Source of the DNA: a virus
Lineage: Duplodnaviria; Caudoviricetes
Length of the DNA stretch: 38,819 nucleotides
Direction: 5' to 3' (one strand)
Virus record (IMG/VR): IMGVR_UViG_3300037424_001022
Location: 1 to 38,819 of that record
The notes under the pieces are model-generated. The model ran no database searches and was not told the DNA's origin. It worked only from the letters and a program-made list of their open reading frames with translations. The translations under genes were made by a program, and so were the position numbers. Shown here piece by piece: positions 34,976-38,819 of the stretch. The stretch's first letter is position 1; every line of letters begins with the position of its first letter.

Positions 34976-35425
34976 ATGGCCAAAGTTATTGAATTCAATG
35001 AGATACCCGAACCACGCGGGCCGGAAATTCCAACGGCTGATGAAGCAAAAAAGAACCTGCAGGAAAAAGCTAAAAACGAAAAACTATCAACAATTCCAAC
35101 AATAAAACCGGAGTTAAATATGTTACCATACAATGATGTAGAGGACGTAGTTCTTCTCGTTTGTGAGTTCATAAACGATATAGTAAACAAGGCAACCGTA
35201 TTCGGATACCTTGATAATTTACCTTTGCTTGTAGCAGCTTGGACAGGCAAGGAGAATATCATCCCTCAGCTTAAAGACCTTACCGTTGAGGAGAAGGAAG
35301 CATTAGTCATTTCAGTAAAGAATAAACTGGACTTATCAGAAGGTGCTGAGAGGATCGCAGATAAAGCACTTAACCTTATATGGGCTGGTAATGAGTTAAG
35401 AATAGCTATCGAAGAAGCAAAATGA
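34976..35425 (+). CDS. Hypothetical helical protein, first gene of lysis cassette
   Basis: Start reassigned to ATG 34976 (GAAAGG SD, downstream of the promoter); ATGA overlap with the holin. Confidence 0.65.
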   Translation: MAKVIEFNEIPEPRGPEIPTADEAKKNLQEKAKNEKLSTIPTIKPELNMLPYNDVEDVVLLVCEFINDIVNKATVFGYLDNLPLLVAAWTGKENIIPQLKDLTVEEKEALVISVKNKLDLSEGAERIADKALNLIWAGNELRIAIEEAK

Positions 35426-35676
35426 AAGAAGCCGATAAAGTAAAATTTTGGCAAAGGAAAGAGGTGTGGGGATCACTTCTCACACTGATTTCTTACTCAC
35501 CTGAGATAATCAACTCTGTAGTTGGTATTGGCATATTACCCGAACATACTTTGGTTGCACGATTAGTAACCCCTATCGGACTGATTTTAACAGCACTTGG
35601 ACTAAGGGATGGAAAGAAGTATAACAATATGCCATGGTCAAAGGGTGAAGAATTGCCACATGGTTTAGGCAAATAA
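35422..35676 (+). CDS. Holin (putative)
   Basis: 84 aa, 'KFWQRKEVWG' start, two hydrophobic segments and a charged tail; upstream of the endolysin. Confidence 0.6.
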   Translation: MKEADKVKFWQRKEVWGSLLTLISYSPEIINSVVGIGILPEHTLVARLVTPIGLILTALGLRDGKKYNNMPWSKGEELPHGLGK

Positions 35677-35848
35677 TTACAACCAGTATTTTAATAAGCG
35701 GGATTGCTATAATCGGGGTTAAGATAGTATTCTGTAATGGATATTAGCTTTATTCACAATATGTTGAATGGACAGACCTTGCTGTAGAAATCCGAGATTG
35801 ATTCGGATAGCTGAGAAATATAGAATCCCGCACTATTTTAGGAGGGTT

Positions 35849-36250
35849 ATGCAAGCAAGTAATAACTTCAAAGTATCGGAATTTGATTGTAAAGATGGAA
35901 CCAAGGTTCCGAAAGAATTCATACCTAATGTAATTGAACTAGCCCAAAGCCTGCAGGTATTACGAGACTTTCTCGCAGTTCCAATCCACGTATTATCCGG
36001 TTACAGAACACTTACTCATAATGCTGCAGTTGGTGGTGTTCAGCCTAAAGATGGCGAACTAAAACCAGGAAACGGCAGTTTTCATCTTTACGGTTTGGCT
36101 GCAGATATTACAACCAAATCACTAACTCCCGATGATTTAGCCCGAATGATCGAATTGCTGGTTGAAAAAGAAAAGATGAAACAAGGTGGAATTGGTGTTT
36201 ATCCTGGATTTGTGCATTATGATGTTCGTGGAAACAAAGCCCGATGGTAA
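35849..36250 (+). CDS. Endolysin, peptidase M15 (D-Ala-D-Ala carboxypeptidase-like, Zn)
   Basis: 'NFKVSEFDCKDG', 'LSGYR...HNAAVGG', 'SFHLYGLAADI' and 'GIGVYPGFVHYDVRG..ARW'. Start reassigned to ATG 35849 after AGGAGG. Confidence 0.9.
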   Translation: MQASNNFKVSEFDCKDGTKVPKEFIPNVIELAQSLQVLRDFLAVPIHVLSGYRTLTHNAAVGGVQPKDGELKPGNGSFHLYGLAADITTKSLTPDDLARMIELLVEKEKMKQGGIGVYPGFVHYDVRGNKARW

Positions 36251-36705
36251 AGCCCAAAACCCGCAAGCGAATCATTTGTTTAGATTTTGATGGTGTTATT
36301 CACAAATATATTTCTCCCTGGCAGGGTGCAACCACAATACCGGATCCACCTGTAGAATTCTACAGTGTTGAAAAAAAGCAAATGATGAGTTCTATTGATT
36401 GGATAATAGATTTCATCATCATGCACTGCACAATTCCCGAAAGCATAGCACCGCTGGTTACATCCGGCCCATACGAAATACATATTTACTCATCCCGATC
36501 AAGGTATTGGGGTGGCCGTAAAGCAATGAAACGCTGGCTGGTTAAGAACGGACTGGATAAGCGATACCTGGAAGTAATTAAATTTCCTTTGTTCAAACCA
36601 CCTTACCACCTGATGATTGATGACAGAGTTTATCTGTTTGAGGGTGTGTTCCCGACAATTTCCTACATAGAATATTTCAAACCTTGGAATTCTGATAAAA
36701 AATAG
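36244..36705 (+). CDS. HAD-superfamily phosphatase (5'-nucleotidase/polynucleotide phosphatase-like)
   Basis: Motif I 'ICLDFDGVIH', motif II 'IYSSR', motifs III/IV 'KPP..LMIDDR'. Confidence 0.85.
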   Translation: MVKPKTRKRIICLDFDGVIHKYISPWQGATTIPDPPVEFYSVEKKQMMSSIDWIIDFIIMHCTIPESIAPLVTSGPYEIHIYSSRSRYWGGRKAMKRWLVKNGLDKRYLEVIKFPLFKPPYHLMIDDRVYLFEGVFPTISYIEYFKPWNSDKK

Positions 36706-36708
36706 TCC

Positions 36709-36739
36709 TTGACAAATCGTTTGTGATTTTGTAATTTTG
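36709..36739 (+). promoter_or_regulatory. Early-operon promoter with overlapping inverted repeat
   Basis: TTGACA (36709-36714), 17-nt spacer, TAATTTTG (36732-36739). ACAAA-tcg-TTTGT at 36712-36724 overlaps the -35 element. Confidence 0.7.
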
Positions 36740-36775
36740 TAATGAGACAAACAAACAATTTGAAAGGAACCTACA

Positions 36776-37030
36776 ATGACATACAAACTCATCAAGCGTG
36801 AAATCAAGTTTAACAAGACTTCCAAATATCACTATCAGGTGATTGATGAAAACGGAGATATGATCAGCGAGAGGCGAAGCAATAGAGAGTATGTTGCTGC
36901 AACGATTGATGGAAAATATTACTACGGAAGAATGGATTTAGTAGGGAAGGGTGATTACAGAAAATATGGAGAAACAACCCCAATAGCTTACCTGGAAACA
37001 AAACCAACTAATCAAAAGGATAAAAACTGA
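36776..37030 (+). CDS. Hypothetical early protein
   Basis: GAAAGGA SD; first gene after the promoter. Confidence 0.7.
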   Translation: MTYKLIKREIKFNKTSKYHYQVIDENGDMISERRSNREYVAATIDGKYYYGRMDLVGKGDYRKYGETTPIAYLETKPTNQKDKN

Positions 37031-37236
37031 TGGAAGAAGAAAAAATCAAAACAAAGAACGTGGCTATCAACGAGAACTTGCATAAAGCATTAAAGAAGAT
37101 TGCCATTGAAAGGGACGATACATTGCAGCATTTAGTTGAAGCTGCAGTAAGAGATAACTACAGGCTGGATGAGAACGGAAATCAAACATCAACACTGCTT
37201 TCATCCAAGATGCCGGATAAGGTCGCCAGTGTTTGA
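37030..37236 (+). CDS. Ribbon-helix-helix (Arc/CopG-like) transcription regulator
   Basis: AAAGGA SD. 'KTKNVAINENLHKALKKIAIERDDTLQHLVEAAV' is a strand-helix-helix pattern. Confidence 0.75.
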   Translation: MEEEKIKTKNVAINENLHKALKKIAIERDDTLQHLVEAAVRDNYRLDENGNQTSTLLSSKMPDKVASV

Positions 37237-37265
37237 TTTAAGTGAAAACCTATTTAAGTTTACTA

Positions 37266-37294
37266 ACAAAAATGCCCGAAGTTAATCGGGCATT
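37266..37294 (-). terminator. Hairpin with T-tract on minus strand
   Basis: AATGCCCGA-agttaa-TCGGGCATT (37271-37294), a 9-bp stem preceded by an A-run on +, so followed by a T-run on the minus strand. Confidence 0.5.
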
Positions 37295-37328
37295 GAATGA
37301 GACAAACCCATATCGAAAGGAATCTTTT

Positions 37329-37604
37329 ATGGATTGCAACACAAACATAGCAGAAACCCGCGAACAAAACAATGCTATTCCTGGACTACTGACTACAGTA
37401 TCAAAACATCTTCACAAATTCCACGATGAAGAATTCAATCCCGCTGATGATGAAGAACTAATGGCCATTGTTGGCGATTCTTCATTTAATGTTGGAATAT
37501 ATTTCCCTGAAAAAGTAAGAGTATATCAATTCAAAAATGGAAAGGTTACAATCAATGACTACAGAAAAAGAACTCATTCAGCAAGCAAGAAACTTGTTGG
37601 CTGA
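37329..37604 (+). CDS. Hypothetical protein
   Basis: Start reassigned to ATG 37329 (GAAAGGA SD), which leaves the hairpin intergenic. Confidence 0.6.
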   Translation: MDCNTNIAETREQNNAIPGLLTTVSKHLHKFHDEEFNPADDEELMAIVGDSSFNVGIYFPEKVRVYQFKNGKVTINDYRKRTHSASKKLVG

Positions 37605-37845
37605 CAGCCCTGTAATAGGGAATCTTAACTTTGAACTCTTTCTGTATGCTACTTGTGCAGCATCGGAAACCATCACACTGCCCGATGAAAAGAGAATAAT
37701 GGATTCTGATATTTACTTTAATCGTTTACAGTATAAAGTAGATGCAGTGCTGGATGGATTAGCTAACAAAATCGTTCAATACAAAAAAAGCAAAGGACAA
37801 TTAGATGCTCAACTCGGAATTACTACAAACAACAAACGAAAGTAA
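37555..37845 (+). CDS. Hypothetical protein
   Basis: GAAAGG before ATG 37555; helical. Confidence 0.6.
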   Translation: MTTEKELIQQARNLLADSPVIGNLNFELFLYATCAASETITLPDEKRIMDSDIYFNRLQYKVDAVLDGLANKIVQYKKSKGQLDAQLGITTNNKRK

Positions 37846-38632
37846 TACTCTGCCTGCAAAGGTAGAGGAATTACCAGTATTAAATATTCAGGGGTTAATT
37901 CAATTTCAAAATGATGTTGAATATATTATAAAAAACTGTATGAGAGAGGACATTCACTATGGCAAATTACCTGGGACGAAAAACAGCATTATGTATAAGC
38001 CTGGCTTAGATTTACTTTGCACTTCTGCTAATATCCTTGATTTATATGATGAGCCGGTAGTATTCGATCATGACAACAATCACAGATCTTACGAATTCAC
38101 CTGCAAGCTGCAGAAAGTAAACAGGGATGGCAGCACAAGAGTTGTGGCCATTGCTACAGGAAGTGCTTCGACAATGGAATCTAAATTCAGGTATGAGAGT
38201 TATTACGAGAATCAGCAATATGCTGGTAAACGTGAAATACAACCGGAAAAGGTTTATGATAAACATTATTTGGTGATTCAGGTTGCCAAAACCAGGGCCA
38301 AGAGAAACGCTGTAAATGCTTTCTTTAATCCTGCAGGATTCATCAATGAGCCGGAACCCGAAAAACCGAAACCTGATAAACCTAAAGTAAAACAACCTGT
38401 AGAAAAGCCCAAGCCAAGTAACGGTGGCCAAAAGAAATGGAATCCAAATCCACTGCAGCGAAACAATCCAGATTGGTTTTTTGAGGAAATCAAGAAACTT
38501 ACATCACACGATGAAATAGTAGAATTCCACGAAACCTTTGAACTGGATGAGAAATTCTTTGATGATGCTACACAGAAACAATTCAAAGATGCTTACAATG
38601 CACGTTGGGAAGAATTGAAGGTGAAGAAATGA
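37805..38632 (+). CDS. Putative single-strand annealing/recombination protein
   Basis: 'MREDIHYGKLPGT....MYKPG', 'G.GSASTMESK' and 'AKTRAKRNAV' resemble a phage annealing-type family; followed by a Pro/Lys linker and a small helical C-domain. The family is not firmly assigned. Confidence 0.5.
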   Translation: MLNSELLQTTNESNTLPAKVEELPVLNIQGLIQFQNDVEYIIKNCMREDIHYGKLPGTKNSIMYKPGLDLLCTSANILDLYDEPVVFDHDNNHRSYEFTCKLQKVNRDGSTRVVAIATGSASTMESKFRYESYYENQQYAGKREIQPEKVYDKHYLVIQVAKTRAKRNAVNAFFNPAGFINEPEPEKPKPDKPKVKQPVEKPKPSNGGQKKWNPNPLQRNNPDWFFEEIKKLTSHDEIVEFHETFELDEKFFDDATQKQFKDAYNARWEELKVKK

Positions 38633-38819
38633 AAGTTCAAATTCCCTTTCGTGATGGTTTCAAAGATGTAATGTTGAACGGAACCAAAACTATGACTTGC
38701 AGGAGTAAGGCCTATGGTAAAGCTGAGGACACTTTTGAAGCTTTCGGAGCCACGTTTGTAATAATCGAAATAAAGAAGATGAAACTCGGATATGTAGCTT
38801 TTGATCATTACAAGGATGA
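38629..38819 (+). CDS. ASCH/PUA-like domain protein, 3' truncated (not in ORF track)
   Basis: ATGA overlap; MKVQIPFRDGFKDVMLNGTKTMTCRSKAYGK... carries the ASCH G.K..T.R motif and is open to the window end. Confidence 0.7.
   Translation, partial: MKVQIPFRDGFKDVMLNGTKTMTCRSKAYGKAEDTFEAFGATFVIIEIKKMKLGYVAFDHYKD

Larger units (their letters stand above)
1..38819 (+). mobile_element. Tailed dsDNA phage/prophage segment (podovirus-like virion module, lysis cassette, start of early region)
   Basis: All credible genes are on the + strand, tightly packed with ATGA/TAATG overlaps. Order is portal-scaffold-capsid-tail-ejection-lysis. No host housekeeping genes are present. Confidence 0.95.

Noticed and set aside
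35634-35848. Hydrophobic reading frame between holin and endolysin (RIATWFRQIITTSILISGIAIIGVKIVFCNGY)
   Set aside because: It is bounded by TGA and TAG with no usable start. It could be a decayed gene, but I cannot support a CDS, readthrough or ncRNA.
1-38819. Alternative genetic code (stop-codon reassignment)
   Set aside because: Long genes are intact under code 11, and TAA, TGA and TAG all end genes with the next gene starting immediately (for example TAG at 10445 and 10917, TGA at 7100 and 11345).
1-38819. CRISPR array, tRNA/rRNA, integrase or att site, diversity-generating retroelement
   Set aside because: I saw no regularly spaced repeats, cloverleaf, recombinase, reverse transcriptase or template/variable repeat pair. 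Intergenic gaps are mostly under 100 bp. This was a scan by eye only.

Overview
The whole window is a co-directional (+ strand) fragment of a tailed dsDNA phage or prophage with podovirus-type organisation. Gene order: truncated portal; two small secreted-type proteins; scaffold; N4-gp56/DUF4043-like major capsid protein; a beta-helix tailspike, CBM and Ig-like cluster; a run of small membrane proteins; several adaptor/ring proteins; a P22-gp10-like tail stabilisation protein; tail fibre; GNAT; ejection-type proteins; a 4027-aa DarB-like polyvalent protein (zeta-like kinase, N6-adenine methylase, SNF2 helicase, wHTH, LPD38-like tail); a holin and M15 endolysin cassette; a HAD phosphatase; and the start of an early operon (RHH regulator, annealing-type protein, ASCH). 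Two things stand out. (1) Seven structural-region proteins, including the tailspike and tail fibre, carry Sec-type signal peptides followed by Gln (Bacteroidota 'Q-rule') and appear enriched in D-S/T-hydrophobic O-glycosylation sequons. This suggests a phage that routes appendage proteins through the host secretion and glycosylation pathway. (2) A promoter, two Shine-Dalgarno sites and two small ORFs are overprinted in the +1 frame inside the giant gene, between the zeta-like and methylase domains; this is a candidate nested antitoxin or regulatory operon. All family calls come from motif recognition by eye. No database searches were run and counts are hand counts.
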